Virus record (IMG/VR): IMGVR_UViG_3300044472_000025
Coordinates: 1 to 24,929 of that record
Length of the DNA: 24,929 bases
Source: a virus
Lineage: Duplodnaviria; Caudoviricetes
Direction: 5' to 3' (one strand)
Below the pieces are notes generated by a model. It did not search any database. It had not been told where the DNA came from and saw only the letters and a program-made list of their open reading frames with translations. The position numbers and the translations under genes are program-made. This document shows, one piece after another, positions 8,220 through 16,844 of the stretch. The first letter of the stretch is position 1. The number at the start of each line of letters is the position of its first letter.

Positions 8220-8525
8220 CTACACTTTTGGCGGCAGGGTTTTCTCTCGTTTCTCGATCTCGCGTTCGATGTACCACCGCGCTTTCTTCAAGTCTTCGAG
8301 CACATCGTGCTTCAGGTCCGCGCGCCAGATGTACTTGACAGCGTTGCCGAGGTTGAAGCCCATGTGCTCCGTGATCGTGATGCACTCCACGCCGCTCGGG
8401 TGTGCGGTGTAGTGCTTGGGGTGGTTCACAGGGTCGGGCAGGGCTTGCTGGGCAAGATCGTCTCGGTAGGACCGCGAGCAGGGTGTGTGTTGCGCGCGTG
8501 CGATGAGTCGGTCGATCAGGCCCAC
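8220..8525 (-). CDS. DUF3310 protein (T7 gp1.7-like nucleotide kinase family)
   Basis: DPVNHPKHY, GVECI, FNLGNAVKYIWRA, EDLKKARWY. Confidence 0.9.
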   Translation of the reverse strand: MGLIDRLIARAQHTPCSRSYRDDLAQQALPDPVNHPKHYTAHPSGVECITITEHMGFNLGNAVKYIWRADLKHDVLEDLKKARWYIEREIEKREKTLPPKV

Positions 8526-9952
8526 AGGGCTTCTCCTTTGTACGAAAGCGTGTCCATGGTGGCGTCCTGCGTCGCGCGCTTGAGCACGATGCGCTCGTCC
8601 ACTGTCTCGTCAACCGTGCCGCGAGCGAGGATCAGGTACACCATTACTTCGCGGTCAAGCCCGGCCTGCATCTGACGCATCGGTCCGATGCGCTCGATCA
8701 GTTGATCGTGTGTTTCCATGTCCCACCAGATCGCGAAGAAGACGATGATGTGGCACACGTTCTGGAAGCCGTCCACGCCGTGACCGATCGACTGGGCATG
8801 CACGAAGGCGACGTCGATCAAACCCGCCTTGAAGTCATCCTCGTCCTTCTTGGTGTTGATGTGACGGCCGTTCGGGAACCGTTTCTTGAGCCGCATCAAG
8901 TCGGGCTTGAAGTGGTAGGCAACCATTACCGGCTCGCCTTGCGCCTCCTCGACGATCGACTCGAGCGCTTGCAGCTTCTCGTCGTGGGCTTCGACCCAGT
9001 GCGAGATGTCGCGCTCGATTTGCTCATCGCTGCCGGTGTAGACGGCGCCGTTGGCAAGCTGCAAGCACTTGATGACTTTGCCCGAGCTCGCGAAGGCCTC
9101 GATGTCATACCCCTTCAGGTGCATGAACATCTCGCGTTCCATGTTCCGGTAAAGAGCCTTCACCGCAGGCGGCAGGTCCACGTACACGCGCACGACAATC
9201 GGGTCTTTGATCGGGAACCAATCCTTCGGGTTGAGCGCGAGCGCTACGTCCTTAATGGCGTCGGTGATCTCCTTCTGGGCGTGCGGGAAGGCGATGCGCT
9301 TGATGCGCGTTTTATGCGCATGCACGGCGTCGCGCGCCCGCTGGTAGCCGAACCAGCGCGACTCGAAGGCATCGTAGGTGCGGCCCAGGCGCATGCCGCG
9401 GTCGATGAACCACATGGGGCCCCACGTGTCGGCGAGACCGTTGGGCACGAAAGTGCCGGTGAGGTTGAGCCAGCGACGCATCTTGTCGTGCGCGATCTTG
9501 GACAGGGCTTGCGCACGCTTGCCGCCTTGCAACAGCCGAAACGACTTGATCTTAGTCGCCTCATCGGCGATGCCCATGTCGAACGGCCAGTGGTCGACGC
9601 CGACCGTATCGACCAGCCAAGGCAAGACATCGTAATTGCTCGTGTAGATGTCGGCCTTGTCGTTGCGCAGCGCCGCCTTGCGCTGGTCGAGTGTGCCGAC
9701 GATGGGCTGCACCTTCAGGTGCGCGAACTGCTCCCACTTCGCAGCTTCTTCCGGCCATGTGCTGCGCGCCACGCGCAGCGGCGCGAAGACGATCGGCCGC
9801 TTCACCTCGTCGGCGAGCAGCAGCGTGTCGCACACCGACATGACAGCCGATGTCTTGCCCATGCCCATGCGAGCGAGCAATGCGCAGCGTTTGTTCGCGA
9901 GACCGAATCCGATCATCGGGTCTTGCCACGGGCGGGGGGTGAAAGGCCTCAC
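8516..9952 (-). CDS. SNF2-like superfamily 2 DNA helicase
   Basis: MGMGKT (Walker A), IADEAT (Walker B), LTGT, SIGHGVDGFQ, QLIERI. Confidence 0.93.
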   Translation of the reverse strand: MRPFTPRPWQDPMIGFGLANKRCALLARMGMGKTSAVMSVCDTLLLADEVKRPIVFAPLRVARSTWPEEAAKWEQFAHLKVQPIVGTLDQRKAALRNDKADIYTSNYDVLPWLVDTVGVDHWPFDMGIADEATKIKSFRLLQGGKRAQALSKIAHDKMRRWLNLTGTFVPNGLADTWGPMWFIDRGMRLGRTYDAFESRWFGYQRARDAVHAHKTRIKRIAFPHAQKEITDAIKDVALALNPKDWFPIKDPIVVRVYVDLPPAVKALYRNMEREMFMHLKGYDIEAFASSGKVIKCLQLANGAVYTGSDEQIERDISHWVEAHDEKLQALESIVEEAQGEPVMVAYHFKPDLMRLKKRFPNGRHINTKKDEDDFKAGLIDVAFVHAQSIGHGVDGFQNVCHIIVFFAIWWDMETHDQLIERIGPMRQMQAGLDREVMVYLILARGTVDETVDERIVLKRATQDATMDTLSYKGEALWA

Positions 9953-10239
9953 GGCGGCGGCGGCAACCAGCTATCCAGTTGCCCAAGCGTCGAGATCACG
10001 AGCACGATGCAGCCGGCTTCGCGCATGCGCTTGTGCTCCCGCAACTGCCCCGCGTTCGGCTTGCCGCCTGGCGCCTTAGTCTCGATGAAAGGGTGCCCCT
10101 CACTCAAGTCCCTCCCCCCGGGGAACAAGCAAAGCACATCCGGCGCATGCGCGCGCCCGAGCCACGACACGGCACGGATCTCGCCGCCGTAAGCTTCGAC
10201 GCGCTTCTTTAGCGCTTTGCGGATATCACGCTCGGCCAC
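9949..10239 (-). CDS. VRR-NUC domain nuclease
   Basis: ERDI...GRAHAPDVL...FIETKAPGGKP...Q; canonical position between PolA and helicase. Confidence 0.9.
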   Translation of the reverse strand: MAERDIRKALKKRVEAYGGEIRAVSWLGRAHAPDVLCLFPGGRDLSEGHPFIETKAPGGKPNAGQLREHKRMREAGCIVLVISTLGQLDSWLPPPP

Positions 10240-10582
10240 GCGTTGGTCTCCTCGGGTTCACTGCCTGGCTGCGCGCCGTGTTCACAGCGCGCGTCTCGAG
10301 CAGCCAATGGTCGGGGTTGATACACAGCGTGTTGCCGCACAGGTGGTCGATGGTCTGCGTCTCGGGGCACAGCGGCTCGTCGCGGAACTGTTGCTCCATC
10401 TCGCGGTGTGGTTGCACCGTCTTGTGCTTGCCGTCGCGATAGACGTTCATGCGGCCGTAGGGCCAGGGCTTGCCGTCCGTGCGACCGGTCCACTGCCAAC
10501 AGCCGTTCTCGTTTTGCCCGTCGACCAGGCGCGAGTTCGCGAGCAGTCTCTGGTACAGGCTGTCGTAGCGGACGGTTCTCAT
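10226..10582 (-). CDS. HNH (His-Me finger) homing endonuclease
   Basis: GCWQWTG, PYG, HR, IDHLCGNTLCINPDH; start taken at ATG 10582. Confidence 0.85.
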   Translation of the reverse strand: MRTVRYDSLYQRLLANSRLVDGQNENGCWQWTGRTDGKPWPYGRMNVYRDGKHKTVQPHREMEQQFRDEPLCPETQTIDHLCGNTLCINPDHWLLETRAVNTARSQAVNPRRPTRGRA

Positions 10583-10610
10583 CGGCTCAGCGTGTAGGTC
10601 AGGCTGCAGG

Positions 10611-11021
10611 TCACGGCACCAACTTGGCTGTTGGTTTGGTTGCAACCCCCTTTCGCAACGCCAACGTGAAAGGGTCGGTCGACGCCGTACCCCCGCTGTC
10701 GCAAACGAAAGCGGCAGGGCCGCCGGTGCAGCCCTTGAGCGTGTTGACGGTCAGGACCATGCTGTACTGCCCGGGCGACGTGAGGCTTGTGAGATCGCAC
10801 GTCGGGGTGACTGAACCGTCCGCAGCAACCGGCAGCGTGCAGGCGAGCGTCACAGGCACCGGCGCGGGGCCCGTGCCCGTGATGGCCGTGGCAGCGACAC
10901 TCGCAGACACCGGCTGCGCATCGCCAGCGGCATACGCAGTGCTCGTGAGGGTCGGGCCCGCGACTGCGGCTGCGGTTGTGAGCAGCCAGGCAAGGGTCGC
11001 GAGCGATAGAACTTTCAACAT
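10611..11021 (-). CDS. Secreted Thr/Ala/Pro-rich protein with signal peptide
   Basis: MLKVLSLATLAWLLTTAAAVA signal peptide (A-V-A cleavage); four Cys; AGGAG RBS. Confidence 0.75.
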   Translation of the reverse strand: MLKVLSLATLAWLLTTAAAVAGPTLTSTAYAAGDAQPVSASVAATAITGTGPAPVPVTLACTLPVAADGSVTPTCDLTSLTSPGQYSMVLTVNTLKGCTGGPAAFVCDSGGTASTDPFTLALRKGVATKPTAKLVP

Positions 11022-11054
11022 GTTGAATCTCCTGAGGTTTGGTAGAGGGGTTAC

Positions 11055-11492
11055 TCAATCGTCGGTGGGCGGCGTCACCAACGTGCGAAACACGCTCACG
11101 TTGTACTTGCCGGCGCCGGTGAACAGCCCTGTACCGGCCCCGGTTCCGACTACGGTGAGCACGTGCTCGCCAGCGTCGAGGTCCAGCGTCCAGTAGGCGT
11201 TCGGGCCAAACGGGACCGCAACCCCGTCCACGGCGACGTAGCTGAGCGTCACCTTGAACGAGCCCGGCGACCGGCAATACCGCGTGGCGCACGCGACCGT
11301 CTGGTTCAGCGGATACACGAGGCCGCGGAAAGCACCGGGTTTGGCGACAGTGAAATGCACGTCGTCGCTGAAGGCGCCGTTCACGACGAACGTCTCCGTC
11401 GTGTTGGTGGAGTAGTACCGGTCTTCAGCGCTCGCGTCGAAAACGCAAACGGCGAGGCACAGCGCGCAGATCAGGTAGAACAGGTTCTTCAT
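11055..11492 (-). CDS. Secreted beta-sandwich protein resembling FxDxF-family PEP-CTERM domains but lacking the PEP-CTERM tail
   Basis: Signal peptide MKNLFYLICALCLAVCVFDASA; GAFSDDVHF; LDAGEHVLTVVG...GKY; ends VTPPTDD; AAGGA RBS. Confidence 0.65.
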   Translation of the reverse strand: MKNLFYLICALCLAVCVFDASAEDRYYSTNTTETFVVNGAFSDDVHFTVAKPGAFRGLVYPLNQTVACATRYCRSPGSFKVTLSYVAVDGVAVPFGPNAYWTLDLDAGEHVLTVVGTGAGTGLFTGAGKYNVSVFRTLVTPPTDD

Positions 11493-11785
11493 GTCGTTTC
11501 CTTGGGTTTGAACAACTTCGCAGTAGGCCCGCACGCTGCGTTGATCTCACGGGCGTCAATGCAGTAGGCAGGCGCGTCTCGGACTCCGGGGCAGCCGTTT
11601 CTAGCTTGCACTGCGTTGCAGCGCATGCCTGGCGTTATGTCAGCTTTCGTTTCGCAACGCCCGTCGGGGGCGCCGGGCACCGTTGTGCATAGGTTGGAGC
11701 AAGCCTCGCACTTCTTGCGCTGTTTGCTCCACAGCACAGTGCGCCAATGAGGATTGAGAAATGTCTGGTCGAGAACGGCGCTCAC
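11489..11785 (-). CDS. Cys-rich hypothetical protein
   Basis: GTG start overlapping upstream stop; CEAC...C...YCIDARE...CGP. Confidence 0.65.
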   Translation of the reverse strand: MSAVLDQTFLNPHWRTVLWSKQRKKCEACSNLCTTVPGAPDGRCETKADITPGMRCNAVQARNGCPGVRDAPAYCIDAREINAACGPTAKLFKPKETT

Positions 11786-12006
11786 TCGGGCACCTTCTCG
11801 AAGCCGCTGTCGTCGAGGTAGCTTTCGCAGGCGTGGCGCCGGTTGCGGGCGTTGAACAGTCGCGGGGACTCGTGCAGCCCGTCGGCAGAAACGACCTTCT
11901 GCCAGTGCAGGAACCGCTCGCCGCAGCGGCGGCACGTGATGCCCTCCTCGTCACTGCGTTCATCGCGTTCGGCGTCATCTTCGCCGTCATTTAGTAGGTA
12001 CAACAC
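11782..12006 (-). CDS. Small hypothetical protein with CxxC...HxC zinc-binding motif
   Basis: AGGAGG RBS at 12011-12016; TCRRCG...HAC. Confidence 0.65.
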   Translation of the reverse strand: MLYLLNDGEDDAERDERSDEEGITCRRCGERFLHWQKVVSADGLHESPRLFNARNRRHACESYLDDSGFEKVPE

Positions 12007-12196
12007 GGTCCCTCCTGTTCGTTTTCCTGATGTCCTGGCGCAGCGCTGACAGCAACTCGACGATGCGAAAGAGTTGGTCGCGCAAGTCCATGAGCAAAGC
12101 CGTCTGCACCACGCGGTCATCGTGCTTCGCAGCTTCACTGCCTAAGCGCGTCGGCGTACCTGCCGGCAGTTCCCACTCGACGTTTTTATGTCTCAC
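11987..12196 (-). CDS. Hypothetical protein (69 aa)
   Basis: GTG 5 nt after the polymerase stop; helical LLMDLRDQL segment. Confidence 0.5.
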   Translation of the reverse strand: MRHKNVEWELPAGTPTRLGSEAAKHDDRVVQTALLMDLRDQLFRIVELLSALRQDIRKTNRRDRVVPTK

Positions 12197-12201
12197 CGGG
12201 G

Positions 12202-14421
12202 TCAGCCCTTCTCGTATCGCTTGGTTTCGAACCCTGCCGCGGCTAGCGGCAGCCCTGCATTCCACCCGAGATCGGAGCACATGATGCGGCCCAGTTCTTC
12301 CGCGGTGAATTGGGGTTCATCCGGGGTCTCGCAAATGAGTTCGTCGTGAACGTGCAAAACGATCGGGTAGCCGGCTGCCTCAGCCAACGGCATGCACTCG
12401 GCAAGCTGGTCGCAGGCGAGGGCTTGCACAAGGTTCTCGAACAGCTTGCCGCCATAGGTGTGAACCCGCCCCCACTGGCGCGTGTAGGTGTTCTGCCCGG
12501 TGTAGGTAATCGAGCCGTCCTTCTCGATCTGGGGGTTCGGGTAGCACAGCGCGCGGCCGCTGGGCAGCCCGATACGCAACCATGCGCCATCGCGGCGGAT
12601 CTTCACCTTGCGGCACGGGAAGGTCTCGCCCGGGGCGTCGATCGCCTCGCACGCGGTGTCTTCGAGCTCCTTCCAGTAGCTGCTGATCTGCGGATGCGCG
12701 CGGCGCCACAGGCGCTTGATGGCGTCGCAGGCTTGGAAGACTTGCTCAGCGAGACCGAAGCGCGCTTTGATCTTTGCGGCGGGTAGACGCTCTTCGGCAG
12801 CAAGGTGCTGCGGGCTGTCGTCACCGTACTTTACCCGGGCCTTCTCGACTTTCGCTTCCTCGATGTCGTACAGCCACTGCAAGAATCCCTCGGCCTCCTC
12901 GATCGCCCAGGCCGGCAAGGTGTCCCACACTTGCGCGGTCATCTTGTCGAGATCGATGCCGTAGGTCGCAGCTCCGGTGATCCACGCGCCGACACCGCCG
13001 CCGTACTGAAACATCAGTTCCTCGACCTTGCCAATTTGGCGCTCGGGGCCCTTCTTCGGCACCGTCTCGGGTGCGACGCCGAACGACTTCGCGTAGGCGA
13101 CGATGTAGAGATCGTGACCGATGCCGTTGTCGAAGTCGCGGAAGGCTTGCAGCTTCCACTCTTCCCCGGCGGCCCACGCCGCGCCGCGCCCTTCGATATT
13201 GGACAGGTCGGCGATGACCAGCTTTTTGCCCGGTCCGGCGACGATGGCGCCGCGCACGGTGTTGCCGATCGCTTCCATGACGTCGGGGAAGATGAGATCG
13301 GCGCAATCGGTCTTCAGCGCTTCGATCGCCAGTTCAATCTGCGCGTGCGACAGCGTAGGCCGCATGAGGTTGCCCGGCTGAAATCTGCGATGCGCCCAGC
13401 GGCCCGTGCGGCCGGCACCTCGGAACTGCGCGCAGCCGCGCAACCGGTGGTCGTGGCTCACGCTCTTGAGCAGCGCCTTGAATTTCGCTGCGGTGTTGCG
13501 CGAGGCCTGCAAGCGGATGCGGATCAGATCCTTCACGCCTTCAGGCAAGTCCGGGTCTTCCAGGCGCCGCTCGAGCGTGTCGGACTGCATGTCGGGCAGC
13601 GTGACGCCGTACTCGGCGAGGATGTGCTTGAGTAGTTCGTCGCGCTGGGTGGCCGCTTGCACGGCATCGTTGGTGGCTTCGCGCGTTTGCCGGGCGAGCT
13701 CGGCCTTTTCCTTGTCGCTCGCGCGCACGGCGGCTTGTGCCAGATCGACATCGACCGCGAACCCGCGCCCGTTGATCTTCCAGTCGAGCAAGCACAGATC
13801 GACTTGCTTGCCCTTGTAGTTCCACTCCGGCATGCGTCGGCGTGCGGAGCGCATGGTCACGATGTCTTGGCCTGCGTACTCGATGAAGTGCTGCCACTCC
13901 TTCGGGTGCGACTGCTTGGTGTTGTACGTGCCGTCCTCTTTCGGGATGCAGAACAACCGCACCCACTTGCGGCCTTCGGAGAGTTTGCGCTCGCCTTGAT
14001 CGACGTCGAGGATGCTGCCCAGCTTGTCGAGCGAACCGGGCAGTGCGTGCGCGAAGGCCTGCACCATCGTGTCGCGACGGCGCGAGTGCGTGATGAGCCC
14101 GGAGAGGATCGGCAGCGCGCGGTCGATCACCGGGAAGTCGAACTGACCGCCGTTGTGCGCCCACACGAGATTGCCGGAGTCTCGGATGCCCTGCTCAAGA
14201 TCGACCGGGGGCTGCCCCTTGCGCAGCGGCGCGCTGGTCCACACGCCACTCAAGTCCTCCTGCCAGTGCAAGCGGTCGTTGAGCAAGTCCCACACCTTGA
14301 CGGCATCGCCCTCGAGCGCGTAGGCCCATAGCGTGACCTCCGCGCGCTCGGCGTAGCGGTAGCTGCCGTCCTTGATCGGCACGGGACTGCGGGTCTCAAG
14401 GTCGATGTAGAAGTCGCGCAT
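12202..14421 (-). CDS. polA: Family A DNA polymerase with 3'-5' exonuclease (Leu762 type)
   Basis: ExoI DLET, ExoII HNGGQFD, ExoIII YAGQD; RTGRW; motif A DLSNIEGR; motif B RQIGKVEELMFQYG; motif C VHDE. Confidence 0.96.
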   Translation of the reverse strand: MRDFYIDLETRSPVPIKDGSYRYAERAEVTLWAYALEGDAVKVWDLLNDRLHWQEDLSGVWTSAPLRKGQPPVDLEQGIRDSGNLVWAHNGGQFDFPVIDRALPILSGLITHSRRRDTMVQAFAHALPGSLDKLGSILDVDQGERKLSEGRKWVRLFCIPKEDGTYNTKQSHPKEWQHFIEYAGQDIVTMRSARRRMPEWNYKGKQVDLCLLDWKINGRGFAVDVDLAQAAVRASDKEKAELARQTREATNDAVQAATQRDELLKHILAEYGVTLPDMQSDTLERRLEDPDLPEGVKDLIRIRLQASRNTAAKFKALLKSVSHDHRLRGCAQFRGAGRTGRWAHRRFQPGNLMRPTLSHAQIELAIEALKTDCADLIFPDVMEAIGNTVRGAIVAGPGKKLVIADLSNIEGRGAAWAAGEEWKLQAFRDFDNGIGHDLYIVAYAKSFGVAPETVPKKGPERQIGKVEELMFQYGGGVGAWITGAATYGIDLDKMTAQVWDTLPAWAIEEAEGFLQWLYDIEEAKVEKARVKYGDDSPQHLAAEERLPAAKIKARFGLAEQVFQACDAIKRLWRRAHPQISSYWKELEDTACEAIDAPGETFPCRKVKIRRDGAWLRIGLPSGRALCYPNPQIEKDGSITYTGQNTYTRQWGRVHTYGGKLFENLVQALACDQLAECMPLAEAAGYPIVLHVHDELICETPDEPQFTAEELGRIMCSDLGWNAGLPLAAAGFETKRYEKG

Positions 14422-14423
14422 TT

Positions 14424-14513
14424 TGGTGAGAGGGTGACAGGAATCGAACCTGCGACTAACCACCCGTATGACCCCGGGCAGTTCCCGCTAACCATCTGCG
14501 GGCACACCCCCTC
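14424..14513 (-). tRNA. Non-canonical tRNA-like RNA (9-bp acceptor, 5-bp D stem, 8-bp anticodon stem with 8-nt loop, canonical T arm, encoded ACCA)
   Basis: Minus strand: GAGGGGGTG TG CCCGC AGATGGTTA GCGGG A ACTGCCCG GGGTCATA CGGGTGGT TAGTC GCAGG TTCGATT CCTGT CACCCTCTC ACCA. Confidence 0.75.
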
Positions 14514-14516
14514 ACC

Positions 14517-14540
14517 AAAACGCGCGGGGCCGAAGCCCCG
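14517..14540 (-). terminator. C(UUCG)G hairpin, weak intrinsic terminator or processing stem after the SSB gene
   Basis: CGGGGC-TTCG-GCCCCG followed by CGCG-TTTT. Confidence 0.55.
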
Positions 14541-14547
14541 TGGCGTA

Positions 14548-15135
14548 TCAGCTCAGATCCTCGGCATCCGCGCCTTCGGTGATCTCGCCGAAGTCGTCGG
14601 CGACCGGTGCAGCACCGCCGCCGAAGGCGTCGCCGTCGCGCACGCGCTGGATGCCCAGCAACGTAGCGCGCAGGCCCTTGCCGTTCTTGTTGTCCTGGCA
14701 CCAGAACTCGACCTGGATGTTCACGAAGCAGCCGGCGTAGATGCGCCCGGCCTTGCCGTCATAGAGCTCGTTGTCGGGCATGTAGATGGGCGACTTGTCG
14801 GTATCCATCACCAGCGGGCGACCGGCGTTCTTGTAGCGGTGCGCGGTCAGGGCGTAGTGGCCTTGGTAGCCGTCGTAATCCTTGCGCTTGCCGTCGATCC
14901 AGCACGTGCCCTTCGGGTCCGTGAGGCAGTTGTCGTAGGCCGACTGCCACTTCTTCTCCCACTTCTCCTTGGCGGCCGCTTGCAGCGCCTCCTCGACCGC
15001 CTTCTTGGTTGGTGAGTCGTACGGCACGAGCGCCGTGACGGACCAGCGGAATTGCTTGTTGCCTTGGTAGTCCTCGGGCTCACCGAGGACCGGGAACGAG
15101 CAGCGAACACCGCTCAACATCAGTTTCAAGCCCAT
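14548..15135 (-). CDS. DUF2815 single-stranded DNA-binding protein
   Basis: VRCSFP, IYAGCFVN, GLRATLLGIQRVRDGDAFGGG, acidic C-tail; AAGGAG RBS. Confidence 0.92.
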   Translation of the reverse strand: MGLKLMLSGVRCSFPVLGEPEDYQGNKQFRWSVTALVPYDSPTKKAVEEALQAAAKEKWEKKWQSAYDNCLTDPKGTCWIDGKRKDYDGYQGHYALTAHRYKNAGRPLVMDTDKSPIYMPDNELYDGKAGRIYAGCFVNIQVEFWCQDNKNGKGLRATLLGIQRVRDGDAFGGGAAPVADDFGEITEGADAEDLS

Positions 15136-15165
15136 GGGAAATCTCCTTTGTCGGGCGGTTGGAAA

Positions 15166-15528
15166 TCAGGACTTCTGCGCAGCGAGACGGCTGCGAAGCT
15201 CGTAGCCCATCAGCGGCCAGCAATTGTTCACTGCGTTGGCGCGGGCGATCTTGCGGCCCATTTCGGCGTCGAAGTTCTCAGGGCTGGCGCAGGCCGACTC
15301 GCCGGTGACGGTGAAGCCATTGCGCAGCACCAGCACGCAGAAGGTGAGCAGAGCGAGTGCATCCGGGTTGCCTTGGGTCACACCCCTGTCTTGCGCTCCT
15401 GCCCACCCATCCATCGCGGTGAAGTACACCTCATCGGCGATGTTCGCCTCGATGTCGGCCGGCGTGATGCGCGGTGCGGTCAGGCCCTTGGCCTGGATTT
15501 CGGTTTCGATCTCGTGCTCGGTACTCAT
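15166..15528 (-). CDS. Phage Gp49/gp66 family protein (candidate Acb4-like anti-CBASS nucleotide sponge)
   Basis: APRITPADIE, LTFCVLVLRNGFTVTGESACASPENFDAEMGRKIA, WPLMGY. Confidence 0.85.
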   Translation of the reverse strand: MSTEHEIETEIQAKGLTAPRITPADIEANIADEVYFTAMDGWAGAQDRGVTQGNPDALALLTFCVLVLRNGFTVTGESACASPENFDAEMGRKIARANAVNNCWPLMGYELRSRLAAQKS

Positions 15529-16844
15529 GCTGACAAGTCCTCGTCTTGAACGGTTGCGAAATCCGAAGCGTCCGGCTTCGGTACGGTATACGGCTTCTTG
15601 ATCTGCGACAGCGGCTTGACCGAGGGCTTCGGGTCGTTCTGCACGATCAAGGCCTGCATCTCCTTCCAGCGCCGCGGGCCGATGACGGCAGGCACTTCGA
15701 TGGGCTTGCCTGCGGCATCGGTGCCTGGCGTCGGTTTGGTCATCTTCTCGAACTGCGTGGGCGACTTGAGCGACAGGTTGAAGGCGTTCTCGACCGTGAG
15801 CCGAAACTTCTTGCGCACCAGTTCCTCGGCCGCCATCTCGTCACTGAAACGGCGCGCTCCTTTGCGCCCGAGCTCCAGGCCGAAGCCCTCGACCGTATCG
15901 CCACCGATCAGGCGGCGCTCGACCTCGGCGCGCACGGCCTTGATCCAGTCCTCTATCAGAGGGGCGGCGGCCATAGCTTGTGCCAATCGGTCGCTCGGCG
16001 GCGGCTGCACGAACACCTGTTGCACTGGGTCGGCGATGACGTGGAAGTCCGCCCCGACCGTCTCCTGCACCTTGCGCGCAACGCTCGGGCACGTCGCCAT
16101 CGCACGGCAGAAGGCGCATTCCTGATCGTTCGGGTTCGGGTTCAGGTAGGCGGCCTCCCATTTCTCGCTCGGCACCAGGCCGTAATCGCGCTCGGCGTTG
16201 AGCACGGAACACGCCCGCGAGCGCACCGTGTCAGCGAACTTGAGCAGGTATTCGACACTGCACGCCCACTCGGTCGTGCCGGCAGCACGCGGCTGGTGGA
16301 TGAACAGGCGGATGCCGTCGATGTCGTGCGCGAGGCTCAGTTCGTTGTACAGGGCCAGCGCGTAGATGAGCAACTGCGTGTTCTTCTCGACCTCGACGGG
16401 GGTGTGCCCAAACTTGTAGTCGTGAACCTGCAGTTCGCGATCTCTGGTGAGGATGCCGACATCGAGCGTGCCGAACTGCCCCGGCAGCTGCACGACATCA
16501 GAGAAGTCCACCCGGTGCTCGATGAGGTACAGCGTGCAGCCGATGGTGAGCGAGCGCACCGTGTCGACGACGCCTTGCACCTCGTCTGCCGCATCGTCGG
16601 TGAAGCGCACATAGCGCGGCTCTTCGCCATCCGCATGCACGGGGACGAGCTCGCCCACCCACTTGCTCGCCCGGAAGTGTTCGGTCATGCACCGGCGCGC
16701 GATCTCGTGCTTTGCCGTGCCGTCGTCGCTGTACTTGTTCGCCTCGTTCGGAATCGACGCTTCGAGCGTAAGGCTGCCTGGGCACGCGAACCACTTCTTG
16801 CTGCCGCTGGGCGACAGGCGGGCGTGTTCTGCTTGTTCGGTCAC
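15525..16844 (-). CDS. DUF2800 Cas4-like PD-(D/E)XK exonuclease
   Basis: HARLSPSG...CPGS, GTAKHE, FGTLD, DYKFG, QLLIYALA, HQPR, CAFCRAMATC. Confidence 0.92.
   Translation of the reverse strand: MTEQAEHARLSPSGSKKWFACPGSLTLEASIPNEANKYSDDGTAKHEIARRCMTEHFRASKWVGELVPVHADGEEPRYVRFTDDAADEVQGVVDTVRSLTIGCTLYLIEHRVDFSDVVQLPGQFGTLDVGILTRDRELQVHDYKFGHTPVEVEKNTQLLIYALALYNELSLAHDIDGIRLFIHQPRAAGTTEWACSVEYLLKFADTVRSRACSVLNAERDYGLVPSEKWEAAYLNPNPNDQECAFCRAMATCPSVARKVQETVGADFHVIADPVQQVFVQPPPSDRLAQAMAAAPLIEDWIKAVRAEVERRLIGGDTVEGFGLELGRKGARRFSDEMAAEELVRKKFRLTVENAFNLSLKSPTQFEKMTKPTPGTDAAGKPIEVPAVIGPRRWKEMQALIVQNDPKPSVKPLSQIKKPYTVPKPDASDFATVQDEDLSA

Noticed and set aside
14422-14463. ORF-track GTG start for polA at 14463
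   Set aside because: Lies inside the tRNA-like structure; the exonuclease domain begins at MRDFYIDLET, so ATG 14421 is preferred, though 14463 is not excluded
14424-14513. Calling the element a standard tRNA-Met(CAT) or tRNA-Sec(TCA)
   Set aside because: The 8-nt loop, 8-bp anticodon stem, 9-bp acceptor and absence of a long variable arm fit neither
15525-16844. CRISPR-associated Cas4
   Set aside because: Context (SSB, PolA, VRR-NUC) identifies it as the phage DUF2800 replication/recombination nuclease
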